Positions 35,665 through 48,582 are shown, numbered from the stretch's first letter. The stretch: DNA of 63,821 bases from Parasitella parasitica NRRL 2501 (GCA_025201805.1 MU619380.1:4426-68246), one strand, 5' to 3'. Notes: generated by a model not told the origin, from the sequence alone. Program-made: numbers and translations.

Positions 35665-38568
35665 TTAGTAATTTTCTTTGGCTGCCTTTGCCAACACTTC
35701 CCCGGTTCTCTTAATTACGCCCATATGGACAATGCGATCACCAGCCATGGCGACGGGGTTTGAGCTACGACCTATAACCACGCCTGTACATGGCGAGAAA
35801 TACTCGTCAATGACATTGCCAAACATATTCTTGATGCGTGCTATGATTTCTCCTTTTCGAACAAGTTTATTTACGCCAGGATAGACCTCCAATAGACCAC
35901 CTGTTTTTGTATAGAGCTGTCAAATGGAGTAGGTGAGCTAGGGGGGTCTTGTTCATAACAATTGCTTAAAAAAGAAATTTACCCAAAATCCCCTGGAGCA
36001 CAGCACTGTATGAGGGGGACCATTCAAATTCTCTTCGTTTACAAATGCTTGGATTTCAGTCATGTCGATATTTTTCAAATCATACATTGCAAAATGGTCT
36101 AAAATACGCATCACTCCCATAAACGACCACTACATGTATCTAAGTGTTGGTATGAAGCTTGCCAAACATGGTGGATGTGCGGATTCACTTGCCTGGATAT
36201 AACGGTCTTGAAATGTTTGCGGATTGCCTATTTCAACTGTAATGGCTTTGATACCGCGTGCGGCTGCAGCTGATCTTAACGTGCCTAGATATCAAAACGT
36301 ATCAACAGAGAAGACTATGGCTTCTGTATTTACGGCATCACTTTACCATCTTGACCGGAATTATGTAGCAATATTTGTGGTTGTTGCAATTTAGCCATTT
36401 TGGCGCCCACTGGATCGTTCTAAAAGTGTGATTAAAAAAAAAAAAAAAATGAGGGGAGCTGGTCGATGAAAAAAGTGCGTTGTGTACAAACCATGTCTGC
36501 TCGAACATAGTATGAATTTACTCTGCCAAAGCTAGCTGTATGCAGGTCAATCATATAGTTGAATTGAGATATGATCTTGTTCATGAGATGATGCGAAAAC
36601 ACTTGACTAGAGAAGCCATCTTCTTTACCCGGGAATTGCCGGTTCAAGTCTCTGCCATCTGCAAACTCCCGCTGAAACCTGAGGAAGCCCCACACATTAA
36701 CGCAGGGCACAGCAACCACAGTACCTTTCAGTTTGTTGACATCAATCTGAGAGATGACTCTACATGTACAATTTTTTTTTAAAAAAAAAAAATTGGGGGG
36801 GGGGAGGCTTTTGTCTATATGTGAGCAAGGTAAATCTTACCTGTGAATACATGGAACGCCATTCAGCTCATTTCCGTGTACAGCTGCTGTAATACCAACA
36901 ACAGGACTATACATATGCATCATCTATTATTAATTGAAACCTTCTAGAGTCGTTGACTTACCCGTCTTCTGTACCACGGCAAACAATAATCGGAAGTTTT
37001 AACCACTCGCTCAAGCCCTGGGTCATGATCTTGATCCACGCAGTGCTTATGGTGTTCAGCGGGAATTCATTGACTTCCAGCTTGTCTCGAGTCACTGGTG
37101 GTGGCATGTCTGTGTCTTTGTGTACTAACGCAAATGCAGGCGGCTCGTAGATGGCGTTTGGGTCAAACGACTCCATATTGATCAAGCTATCGCGACGCTC
37201 CAACCCCACTTTTATGGGTTCTTTGGCTACATGCAATGCATTGAATTTATTGTCAAGTTCTTGTGTGGGTGGTTGTGCTGCGGCGAGTGTTTTAATGGCA
37301 CCGTTTTCTTGCTCTATTGGCACAAGCAGACTAGGACGACGATTGGATGGACGTCTCTGACTAGGGACAATACCCTCATTGTTGTTGAACCTTTTTGGAG
37401 GAGACTCTTCCTGTTGTTGCTGCTGCTGCTGTTGCTGCTGTTGTTGCTGTTGTTGCTGTTGTTGAGGAACTTGAGATTGCTGTGGTTGCAGAATGCCGCC
37501 GAATGTTTTGCCTTCTTCAATTTGGATGATGACAACCGTTGCCTCTGTAAATGAGTAGAGCATAAATAGCATGTTTTACATATTTACTGCTTTGTGTGCA
37601 TACCAACTCCATTGAAGGCATATTGTCCTACTTGATTTGTGGCATTCAATAAAATGCTGGTAGGGCTTGCATCTTCGTCGCGTTCCACAAACAGGGTTTC
37701 TCCCTTTTTTAGCTCAAACTTTTGACTATGCGCATGGTTTTCATCAAGAATGACACTAATGAAGCCCTCTACCACATAGACAAGTGCGAATGCGCCAAAG
37801 AGCATGTTCTTGCCGGAATCAACATCGCCCTGCAAATCTGTCTCAAACGAGCCAATTTTTTCGATTCTTACCTGAGCCTTCCCCAATTCGCGGCGAAGCA
37901 TGAACTGCAGGCATGCAACAGGCGAATTTGTCAATTTGCATGTCGTGGCCCTAACGTGGTTTATATTAAATTATTACATTTCTTGTAATGCATATACACA
38001 CAATGCACCCCCTTACCATTCACCATGCCACGAGTACGGAAATAATGGCTGAATCTTGGTAAATGACTCTCCTCCTTGGTGCGACAGTGAAAAGTATGCC
38101 TTTGAGTCTTTCTCTTCATCGGTAGGCAGAATCACCGTAGTGCTTGTGGTCATGGATTAGCCTATTTATCATTTTTTTTNNNNNNNNNNNNNNNNNNNNN
38201 NNNNNNNNNNNNNNNNNNNNNNNNNNNNNCGATGCATGACTCACCATTCGTAGCCAGGAAATACCGAAAAGTTACAGTTGGCGTGCATGGTGTTTGTGCT
38301 AAACCGCCAAAAGAACTCTTCTTTGATAAAGTCCTTGTCGGGCGGGTAGATGGCAATTTCGTCAGTCGTGCCTAGGCCATTCTTCCACTGTTGGGAATGA
38401 TAGTCTGTCCTGTTGCGCGGGAATGGATGAGTTTTGGCGAGGGAAGCCCTATTTTTTTTTTTCAACTTACTCGGGTTTTAAAACGATGGCTTGTATAAGC
38501 GTAGGGTCTGGCGACTCTGATTGAAGCAGTGGCCCTTCGTTGTCCGATTCCTGTTCTTTGCGATTCAT
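35665..38568 (-). CDS. Fusion protein: N-terminal HutD/Ves-like domain, polyQ linker, and AstE/AspA (succinylglutamate desuccinylase/aspartoacylase, M14-like) zinc deacylase
   Basis: The N-terminus [34 protein letters not shown] matches the HutD signature WKNGGGxTxEI..WR.S..FS.FPG. The C-terminus has [28 protein letters not shown] and the hairpin GGLL..V.KGE.IA.I...FG....SP..GVVIG. About 10 introns; one intron contains an N-gap. Confidence 0.85.
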
Positions 38569-38688
38569 AGAGGATAAAAAACACAAAAGAGAGAGAAAGA
38601 AGAGAGAAAGAAATGAAGGAGAATTATTTTTTTTTCTGAGAAAATACAGGTTTATTAAATAAACGGGTTGTCATATAGTGGTAACATG

Positions 38689-40141
38689 CTAGGCAATGGC
38701 AGATTTGGTCGAGGTCGTAAAAGATCCACCCAATGGCAAAACCCCAAAATCCGCTTCATTAAGCCCACGTTGTTTCATTGCAGCTTCCAGTCTTTTGGGG
38801 GGATCCTGCACAGGCTCATCAGTCAGTACAAACGTGCCCCAGTGGATAGCGATCTACACATGTATTTAGCGTCCTGTTTGCATCGGTTCGTGGGAAACTT
38901 ACTGATCGCCGGCTCTTGACATCTCTATGGAGATCAACGGCATCTTCGGGAGAACAGTGCACCGTGGACATAAACCATCTGGGCGAATATGCGCCAATGG
39001 GGATCAGAGCAAGATCAAAGGGCCCTATCTTGTCGCCGATCTCTCTGAATGCAGGACAGTGGGGCAGTGTATCCAAGTACTCGTAGTCGTACTCTGATTC
39101 AGGCTTTGTGCTCGCAGGAACACTGCGATAGCCTGTGTCACTAGTATAATTGTCTGCATGTGAGTATTCTCCAGCATTTGTGCACGCACACGCAAGAGAT
39201 ATCATTTACCCTCCGAAAAACACCTTCCCTTTGGTCGCATTCCCCTCTGTATCCAATGCCTCCACACACCACGAAGACCACAGCGTCTTGTCTTTATCAA
39301 ACGGGGTTCTGCCAGACTGATGCTGGGCAGGAGTACACGTCAATCGGATCTGCTCTTTCGTCTTGTCCTTGACAACACCGACATTGTCCCACCAGTCCAG
39401 CTCGATAACGCGATCGTTGCCTGCACTATCCAGCTTGTTTGTCAGCGCAAACCATTTCTTGTTGCCCAAAGGAACATAGAACTTGCAGTCGGGATACAGC
39501 TTGTCCAGCTGCTTGATGGTATTGGCGTCCATATGATCGTAGCTATTGAATAAGGAGCTTGAGTTTCTGTGTTTGTCATCCATATGCACACACACTTTAC
39601 TGGTTATGCGAAATGACAACTGCATCTACTGCAGGCAATTCTGATAGCTTACATGGCGGCTCTGTGTATCGCTTTGGCCCTCCAAATTGGACGGGAGAGC
39701 ATCTGTCAGAGAAGATGGGGTCGAAAAGAATATTGAATCCTCTCAGCTGCAGCAGGACGCAGGCACTGACATCTGTTAGCAAATCAAAAAACATCTCATT
39801 CAAGAACCCTCCCCCCCCCCCACTCACTGGCCCATCCAAGTCGCTGTAATGTCGTCAGTCAGCTTTCCGTCCTCGTTCTTTTTGATCAGCGTCCAGTCGA
39901 TGCCAACTTGCTGGGGCAAAGTTGCAGACGTGATGGCCTTCTCAGCAGCACCCAGATTCATTGTCGTTATCAATTTGAAAATAGAGGTAAACGAGATGGG
40001 AGCAGCGGATGGCCAAGGGTTTTTAAACTTGCTCCCGTCATGATGGTCTTTCTGCGCTTGGGCATGCACGGGGATTGATTGAGCAGTAAACTTTGCCATT
40101 ATTGCAAAAGCAGCTGTAGTGGCAAATGCCCTTTTAAGCAT
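38689..40141 (-). CDS. NAPEPLD: N-acyl-phosphatidylethanolamine phospholipase D (NAPE-PLD/Fmp30-like metallo-beta-lactamase), probable mitochondrial presequence
   Basis: Motifs include [69 protein letters not shown] and IHWGTF. The N-terminus is [11 protein letters not shown]. Confidence 0.93.
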
Positions 40142-40351
40142 TCTATTGACAAAAAAGAAATACGTATTTTTTTTATTTTCTTTTTTATACAAAAAATAAT
40201 TCTTTGGTGAGACTCACAGTGGTGCGCTGTTTCGGCCCCATTTTATTTTATTGTTGCTCAAAAGTGAGAAAGGTGGTATTTTTATAAATTTATATATATA
40301 AACAAATTGACGGTTAAAAATACAAATGCAACATACAGTAAATATCATGTC

Positions 40352-42952
40352 TCAAGAGCAGATTTCAATGTACAAGTTGATGGCCGTGCAGATCAAGTAA
40401 ATAGCAATCCAGCTGTACCCAAAGCCACGCGCCATCCTGTATCCATTCAATGGCACTAGTACAAGTGATGATATCAGTACAACCAAGAGGCCGACGCTAG
40501 AGACAACGATCGTCTTGGGGACATCAATTGCGTAGGGTTCGTTTCTCTGGGAAGTAACATAGGTGGCTCCCATGCCCACACCAAGCATGATATCTGGTGT
40601 CAGTCGTCAGTTGTCAGTATCACGCCCTCAAAGCAGCATTTACATAAACTTACTCAGCATGGGCCCACCAAAGCAAGCGCTCATGGCCATTAACGGGTAT
40701 CCCATCCTTGCCATTGTCACATTCGCTACGAAATCTCCCAAGCTGTTGCCCAATGCGAATACTGTCAGTCCAAGGATGGCTTCACTGACACCGACTGCCA
40801 TGCCAATCGCTTGCAATACGCTAACTACTTCGTTGGCGATCAAAAAGATCCAAACCATAGCTACACCAAACCCAATAAAGCACATCATCCAAAATAGCCG
40901 TGGCTGCTGTGTCGGCAAAGTGGTCATCCAAAATGCCACCGCAACGAGCACTCCAGTAATGAACCCAACAGGCAAGGCAACATGGACTGGCGCAATGTCT
41001 TGCGTAACAATGACAAACGACACAAGCAGAGGAGCGCCGATGACTTGGACAGCGGTTATCCATTTTACCCAGGCTGCTTGCTCGGTACTGACTGCAACAT
41101 TATTGCCATTCTCCGGCTCCGCCTCGGCCTCGACCTCAGCCTCCTCTCCAGCAAAAGCACGGGCAAGGCCAATAGTATCATTATTCAACTCAATGTGCGC
41201 CACTCTGCCACCAGCAAGCGCATTTTCACTGACAACGGGCAGTGTGACAGATAGCAGGAAAATCACAGGCACTGACAGGATGGCACTCGCTTTGCCAAAT
41301 GCCGATTTTTGTCGAAATCCAACCAAGGATGGAAACAAATGCGCTTTGACCTGGCGTTTGATGTAGCGAGCGCTTGCTGAGCTGCAGAATTGGTGAATAA
41401 ACGTCCTAATACGATTAGCAGCGGGAGAAGAAGGGGCCGGGGACAGTGGCCAAGTAGCCTCGCCGTGTCTACTTTCAGCCGTGTGCAGCGACACTTGGTC
41501 CGAATAGCGTTCAAAAGGCGATGCTTGTCTCGGAAACGGCTGCTCTTGCCGTGATGTGATGTTGCCGTAGATCGTGCTTGGGCTTCTCAATGACTGCACG
41601 ACGTCTTGAAACTCGATGGCAGAGAGAAGCGACGTGCGAATGCGCAACTTGGGATGGACTCCGTTTCTTTGGTGCACCAAATCCTGATATCCCTCAGTCT
41701 CAAAGCCCTCGTCGTACAGCTCCATTTCATCCCCGTTGGTTGGGTTGCCTTTTGATGCAGATGTCAATGTAATGCCCTGTTTGTGATTCCTGTGGCAAAC
41801 CTTACCGTTGATAAATGCGCTTGTTCGAAGCAAGTTGTCAACATCCGTGCCTGTCTCCTCATACTCTAGCCGTGCTCTTTCCACCAAATTCAAGTAATTT
41901 GACCTTTTCTTCATGTAGTAGTTGCCTCCTACCACCACAACTACGTAGACAATGTAAAACAGGATCAAAACGATGGCTTCGTGAAAGTAAATGAACCCAT
42001 CAGACACAATCGCCATCACGAGCAAGATTGCGCAAGTAAAAAATGAAACGTCTCGTAGAAAGCTGAATCTTTTGGCTCTAAAGGGCTTGATGGCGCACAT
42101 GGTTCTGCAACTGGATCAGTAACAGACCCGCCTATTTGTGGGGTTGGGGTATCGTGCAACTTACCCTGCTACTACGCTCACAATAAACGATGCAGCACCG
42201 ATCAGCTCACCCAGCGCCAGTGAGCCTAGATTGGAATGCATGGCACTAAACGTAGAAAAAAGATCTGGACTCCCATTGCCAAACGCTAGAAAAGTGACTC
42301 CAGTCTATCGTACTCGACAAATCAGCCCCTCTTGAGTGCGCAGAGAAAGATAAAGTTCCTTACCAGACTTTCTGATAGATGCAGTGCCGAAGCAATTGTT
42401 TGAAGGTTTGGGCCTAGAAAGACGCTTTTACATGAATACAGTGTGTTTTGCAGCATACGTGTCTGTAGCATTTTGTAATCTTACAGAAAAAGTCTGAAGC
42501 AGCAATCCCTACAAAACCAAATAAAAACAACAGCCAGCCACACTTTTTTTTTTTTTTTTTTTCATCTGCATTAGAAAGAAGGTGGTGTATCATGAAGAGC
42601 CTGGTTCTTACCAGGAATACAAAGACCAGCGGTCGCACAGGCGAACAATAGTAAAGCTGGATGTAGTTGAAAATGCCAGGCGTGGCATCCATACAATGCT
42701 CGAGTACATAAGCGCATTGATCCTGCTGTAGATTTATATTGTCGCACTATGCAGGAGGACACTGTTAGGCGAGAGCCTGTTTTCTTTATGTTTCCAACCT
42801 TCCAGTACCTTATTTTCAAGTTGTAGCTGAAACTCATCTCTTTTGTATACCGAGTGCAGGTTCTTTGAATGCGAATTTGTCCATGCAAATGTGATGAACT
42901 TTGTTACTAGCAGAATGGAAAATACGACGACAGTAGTTTTTCCTATTGCCAT
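40352..42952 (-). CDS. Cation/Ca2+ exchanger (CCX/NCLX/Ycx1-like)
   Basis: Alpha-1 repeat GVTFLAFGNGSPDLFS and alpha-2 repeat GLTVFALGNSLGDFVAN..ACFGGPML are present, along with FLRDVSFF and an N-terminal signal/TM segment. Confidence 0.92.
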
Positions 42953-43162
42953 GATGATTTATTATGGATGTTAAAGAAGAAGAAANNNNNNNNNNNNNNN
43001 NNNNNNNNNNNNNNNNNNNNNNNNNNNNNNNNNNNNNNNNNNNNNNNAAAAAAAAAATAAAGAAAAAAAAGAGAGAGAGAGAGAGAGAGCCAAAAAAAAC
43101 ACGTATGTATTAACTAGTTACGGCTTTGTGCTACACATTAAAATGGAGTTATAATTTACAAG

Positions 43163-45637
43163 TTACATGAATTCCTCTGGTTTAGTAATGGGAGAGTAGT
43201 TCAGGTTGTTTTTTGTTACATATTCATTGAGTATACATTTGGATACGATTGCAGCATGGTGCAGCGGTGAGTATGGTGTAAAGGGAAACATGGGTGCTAC
43301 AGAAACACCGGCTTCGCCCCCCAATGTGATTCCGGCCAAAATATTACCTTCGATACAAACATCCTTGAATGTCGCTGGAAATTGGCTCGCCACTTTGCCG
43401 AATGTCATGTATTTTTCAGACTCATTATAACATTTCTCTGCTTTCTCATGCTCTCGCAGCAGCCCTTCTGTCATTTCAATGCATTTGCGATCGGTATAGC
43501 TGCCGTCTTGACTACCACTACCACTACCACTACCACTACCACTACCACTACCACTACCACTGCCATTACCACTGCCACCACCAAGGTGCTTTGTCAACAG
43601 GGGCCGCGTTGCACTTTCCATACGACTGTATATGTAATATCGGATGAGCGCAACTAATCGAACGCAAAGACCGTACAATTCATGCAAGTGGTTTGCTTGC
43701 AATTTCAACAGCAAACTATCGGAAAACGGAAACAGGCTTTTCCATGCAACAGATGCTTGTTTGAATGGAATGTTGGTGTTCACCTTGTCCACAAAATAAA
43801 AATTCAGCATGTAGTCGCAAAGTGCATGGAAATGATCAATAATTCCAATGACTGGGTCTTTTTGCGTATCCCCTCGTCGCTTATTAGCGTGTGCTAGCTG
43901 TTTGAACCTGTAACCCGCATGAATAATGTAGCCAAAAAAGAAGGAAAAAAAAAAAACCAGCAACTAGCTGTATATACAATGGTAAAACTTACATGATGGT
44001 AAAAACCTTGTACTGCTCGGGTGTTTCAGCATTCGGTGCTGTGGCGGAAAGCACTTTGTTGGGTGCTGGAACACCAGTAAGCGCTGTACTCGTCGATGAT
44101 GTAGATGACGATGCAAAAGTAGCTGTATTGGGCGTGGATACTGATTTTGGTGTGCTTGCAATATTGGAAGCAGGCTTTTTGACATGCTTGGACAAAGATG
44201 GTGATGGGTTGGACACTGTAGTAGAATTGCTGGTATATTGGGTATCCTTTTCTATTGTGGTGGTGGGGTTAGTATGGCTGGCAGATGATTTTTCATCCCT
44301 GCTGGCTTTAGATGTTGCCATTCGTTTTGCTGGCGGTTCGCTGTTGGAAACTTTGCTGTCTGCGGCGTCATGAAGTGATTTGCGCTTTGCATCTCTACCA
44401 GATGATTCCCTCTCCTTGTCTAATTTGTCTGATTTTTCTCTTTCTGCTCGGCTTGCGCTATTAGGTGCTAATTCCCTTTCAGCGCGAGACGATGCTTCTC
44501 TTTCAGAACGAGTGGATTCCCTGTCAGATCGAGGCGTTTCCTTTTCAGTACGAGTACTGCTTGTAGTCGATGCTATCGAGTGTACGGGCTCTCTTTCCAA
44601 GCGAGCAGGAGGTGATTGACGACGGTGGTTGGACTCGGAGCTGGTTCGGCGTCTGGAGGGGGAAGAGGAGCGTTGGCTTTTACTTTCAGAACGGTGCGCT
44701 TTGCTGACAGGCGAGCGAGATCGACTTTTTGATCTGCGGCGACTGCTCCGTTCTTTTCTGCTTGTAGAACTGCTACTGTCATCACGATGGCGAGTACGGT
44801 CTCTCTCACGATCACGGCCGGGTCTATCATCCTCGCGACGTTTAGGCTTTACGCTGGCAGTAGTGGTCACAGTGGTCGATAGAGTCGATGCTTTTCTAAC
44901 GCTGGGGAGAGAAATGGAACGGTCATTATTCCTGCTCTCATCGTCCGCATCTACATGGCTAGTGCGAGAGTTCGTTCGAACAGGCGATGGGGATGGACTG
45001 ATTGTCTCTCCTTCCTCCAATTCCGGATCATGAGATGGTTTATTGAGGCTGCTGCTGCGTTTGGGAATTTTGGTGGATCGCAGAAAATCAGCAGAGACTG
45101 AGCTGGGATATGCTTGTTCACCAGATTTAGTCGTGGTGTATGTTGCAGACTCTAGTCGGTTTTCCTCCTTGACCTTGGCTGCCTTTTTACTTTTTGTTGG
45201 TGGTGGTGATGGTGGCGATGGTGGTGATGTACGAGTGGGCTTCTGGCTTTGGTCGCTCTGCGATTGCTTTTTATAATTAGTTTTACCGACGGATTTCGAA
45301 GATGCATCCAAAGGTAAAGATGCTGTCGTACTTTTAGAATGAGTTGAAGGTTTTGTTTGATTTTCTAGAGTGGGAGTGGGATTTGGGGGATGATCAGCAT
45401 TTCAGATCACACAACGTGCCTCAAATACTTACTTTTTTTGGATGACAATGATGCTGCTTTTTCTTGCTTGGTTTTGGTGCTATTTACTGATGACGATGCA
45501 ATATGCTTTGCAAGACCCTTGGGCATATCATTTTCATCTGGTTTTGGATATAAACGAATGTATAATTGAGGCTTTTCCTTGACTTTGCTATCTTTTGGCA
45601 TTCTACATTATGTTAGTCATGCGATCCTGCTCCAGCG

Positions 45638-45693
<56 letters not shown>

Positions 45694-46766
45694 NNNNNNN
45701 NNNTTACAACAAACTTACTCTTGTAAACTTGATAAGCTTCGAAATTCGACTTCGTCATGGCCCAAGAGGTATTTTCGAGCTTCCATAAGATCCTTCGCAA
45801 ACAGGTTAATTGATCACGCACCAATAGACGCATTCTACAACAACTTACTGGTATATTACCAATTTGAACTACTTTTTCCGTCGGTATCGTTTTCGAGGAA
45901 ACCCGAGGACGAGTTTGGGGATATGTTGGTTTAGTAGCAGACGCAGGCTGTTTTTTGGGTTTTGAATCTTGAGGACTAACGGCAGATGATTTCGATGTCG
46001 ATGATTTACGAAGTGTGCTAATTGAGGACAAGGTGCCGTGGTTTTTAAGAGGGGCAGCAGCTGGTTTTCGTCTTGTGTCGGTTAAATTTTGCAAAACACC
46101 TTTGATTTTATCGGGAATCAGCTGAAGCGGACCCTGGTGCTTGTCTGCAACGCGTGGTGTTGGATTTGCACTTGACGACAATGACTTGGCTGTATTCGAC
46201 GGCGCCGACAATGATAACGTTGGTGTTGTCGCTTGCGGTGGTGCCTTTTTGCTGTACTCGTTCATGATATCTTCAATTTTTCTCAATTTAACACCAGTGC
46301 TTTGTGGATAGACTGGCTCGGGTTGCTTGAATTTCTTACTGGAAATGGGAACTGTCCAGTTACGGTCAACTACGCGGTGCTGCTTGGTTAATTCTTTAAT
46401 TGGTATGTCAATGTTCATATCCTTCATAATAGGCCAGGCTTCTTTTGGATCTGCTGTAAATCGGTCTTCGTCATCCGTTGCAACTAGTTCAGCAAACTCG
46501 CCTGGTCTCTGCCAAGTCGATTTATCCCTGAATCGCTGGTAGGTGATGACATTCGTAGCTCGGAATCCTTTCATGTGTCGACTAATAGTGCTTTTGAGAT
46601 TGTCTCTAAAATCAGAATACTGGTGCTGCTGCTGCTGCTGATGCTGATGCTTGCCGCTATTGCTACCGCTGCTATTGTTGCTGTTGCTGCCTTGAGAAGA
46701 GGATATCGGTCTATCATTAGGAAACGACTTGTAATCCTTGGGATATCTATCCTCTTTCGTTGCCAT
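43163..46766 (-). CDS. Large low-complexity S/R/K-rich nuclear protein with C-terminal helical domain, AF4/FMR2 C-terminal-homology/Ebp1-like (tentative)
   Basis: The ORFs are joinable by short introns. A long disordered RS-like region precedes the C-terminal FKQLAHANKRRGD..DHFHALCDYMLNFY..WKSLFPF, which resembles the AF4-CHD/Ebp1_C helical pattern. The family call is an inference. Confidence 0.55.
43512..43583 (-). repeat. (GGTAGT)n hexamer microsatellite encoding a Gly-Ser tract
   Basis: About 8 copies of ctacca on the + strand, encoding GSGSGSGS within the C-terminal domain. Confidence 0.9.
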
Positions 46767-48554
46767 GTTAAACAATTGATGGAATATATAAAAAAATATA
46801 ATATTCTATTATATATTGTAACCAAGTGTTCGGAAACTGGGGAGGGATTAAAAAAGGATTTGTCAACAAAAATTGGAGGGAGGAAAGAAAGAGCCAGAGA
46901 GAGAGAGAGAGAGAGCGAGAAAGAGCTTCATTGTACTTTGTACGTCACCAAGACCGCTTTTTTCCAACAAACAACCAATGGTTTCATTGACTGAGGAGGG
47001 GCCACTATGAAATTGACATTGATACCGTATTGTCGATTACATGACAAACTCTCCTGCAAAGCTTCTGTCACTCAAAACTTTTCTTTTTCAACTTTTATCT
47101 TTCTATCAACACCTTCCTCTCCATTTGAAATTGCACTTTGCTCTGGAATAAACTGTCAAGAGCAAATCGCATTTCTTGCAGAACAACAATGGGAAATACC
47201 GCTTCTTGCCGTATATTAATGTTGTTATTAATTGTTCTATAATCATTGTAATGAACGCAGACTTTTTCTTTTTTTTTTTTTTTTTTTTTAATAGAAACAA
47301 AGAATAGAAATCTCTTTTAAAAGTATTGTCTGAAACTACTTTAGATACCAAGACTGATGAATCGGTGTACATAAAGAGTTAGATAAAGTCAATTTATTTT
47401 AGGAAAATGCAAAATGGTATACATATAAGCAGTGCTACAAGTGGTTCGTATTAGCACTGCAAAGTTTCTTAGCAAGCTTAAATAAAAGTTTTGCCAAATG
47501 TGTCTTTGCTAGTACTATGAAAAAGTCGTTTTCCTGAATAAAAACAAAGAAGCTAACTTTTTAAAATGAACAAACTTTCTCTAGCTAGGCCACAAGGCAA
47601 AGAAGTTTATTCTTTACTTCAAAAAGTCGCTTGATTAGACCAAGAAGATTGTTTGTAATTATAACAAAATTATTTGTAGAATAATTGGTGGTATTTAACC
47701 TTGGGTTCAATCAGGAACGGTTGCTATTACAACTCTTAAGGACACAGCATATACACTTGATTTTCACCGTAGCGCCCGCTCGTTTACATTCATAATGACT
47801 AAGTGATTATTTATAAAGATGGTTCTTACTCTGACAATTACTGTATTATAATCTTGTTTGCCAATTAATGTAACATGCACTCGTAGTTTGATTTTTGTAA
47901 ATTTATTCTTCATCAACAAACAACCTCTTATCATTCAATGAAATCCATAGTTTTGTATCTGGTAAATTTTTTAGTTTTTATTATCAAATACAATCGTCTG
48001 CTGTGCTCATTTCTTTATATTCTATTGGGATTTCTTTTTCTTTATTAGTACCTTGTATACACCCTCAATACTGCAAGATTGGAGCGTTTACGATACAGAC
48101 TGAGACGTGTGGAATCTTGTGGTAAAGACTATCAAATCTGATTGAATCAATTTTAGAATTTCTTTTGACATCTAATCGTTAACCATAAATTGTCTTTATT
48201 TACTGTACATCAAATTTGTTGGTTTCCCTTGGACTTGTGATGCAACTCATCCCCCAAATGCAGAGAGGCAACCGCTTCTTTATCGCCACTTTATTATTTC
48301 AGAAACACTCTTGATGAAATCAAAAATATTCTCTGTTGTACATTTAAATATGTGCTGAAATGTATTGTATCAAAAAAGAACGATCATTTCATTCGCCTAG
48401 GCTCATCCTAATAGATTCACAGTAAAGCTAATCAGAACAACAAATAAAATTGTCATGATTGTGCTCATGCATGTGAAATAAAAAGTGCCAATACCTGTTA
48501 TGCAGAAATTCTGCTGGAGACTGAAGGAACAGGGAGTCACCGCTATGCCGTAGA

Positions 48555-48582
48555 ACGCGCTCAAAGTTGAAACTCTGACGCG
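48555..48582 (+). promoter_or_regulatory. Two MCB-like ACGCG cores upstream of MRC1
   Basis: ACGCG occurs at 48555-48559 and 48578-48582, about 70-100 bp before the ATG. MRC1 is an MBF target in yeasts. Confidence 0.4.

Noticed and set aside
47429-47460. 9-bp perfect inverted repeat GCAGTGCTA...TAGCACTGC
   Set aside because: No CTRR terminus follows to make it a Helitron end, and a single short hairpin is expected by chance.
47400-48450. AT-rich intergenic stretch with faint protein-like fragments (NDRSFLIQYIS)
   Set aside because: Too degenerate to assign; possibly old repeat debris.
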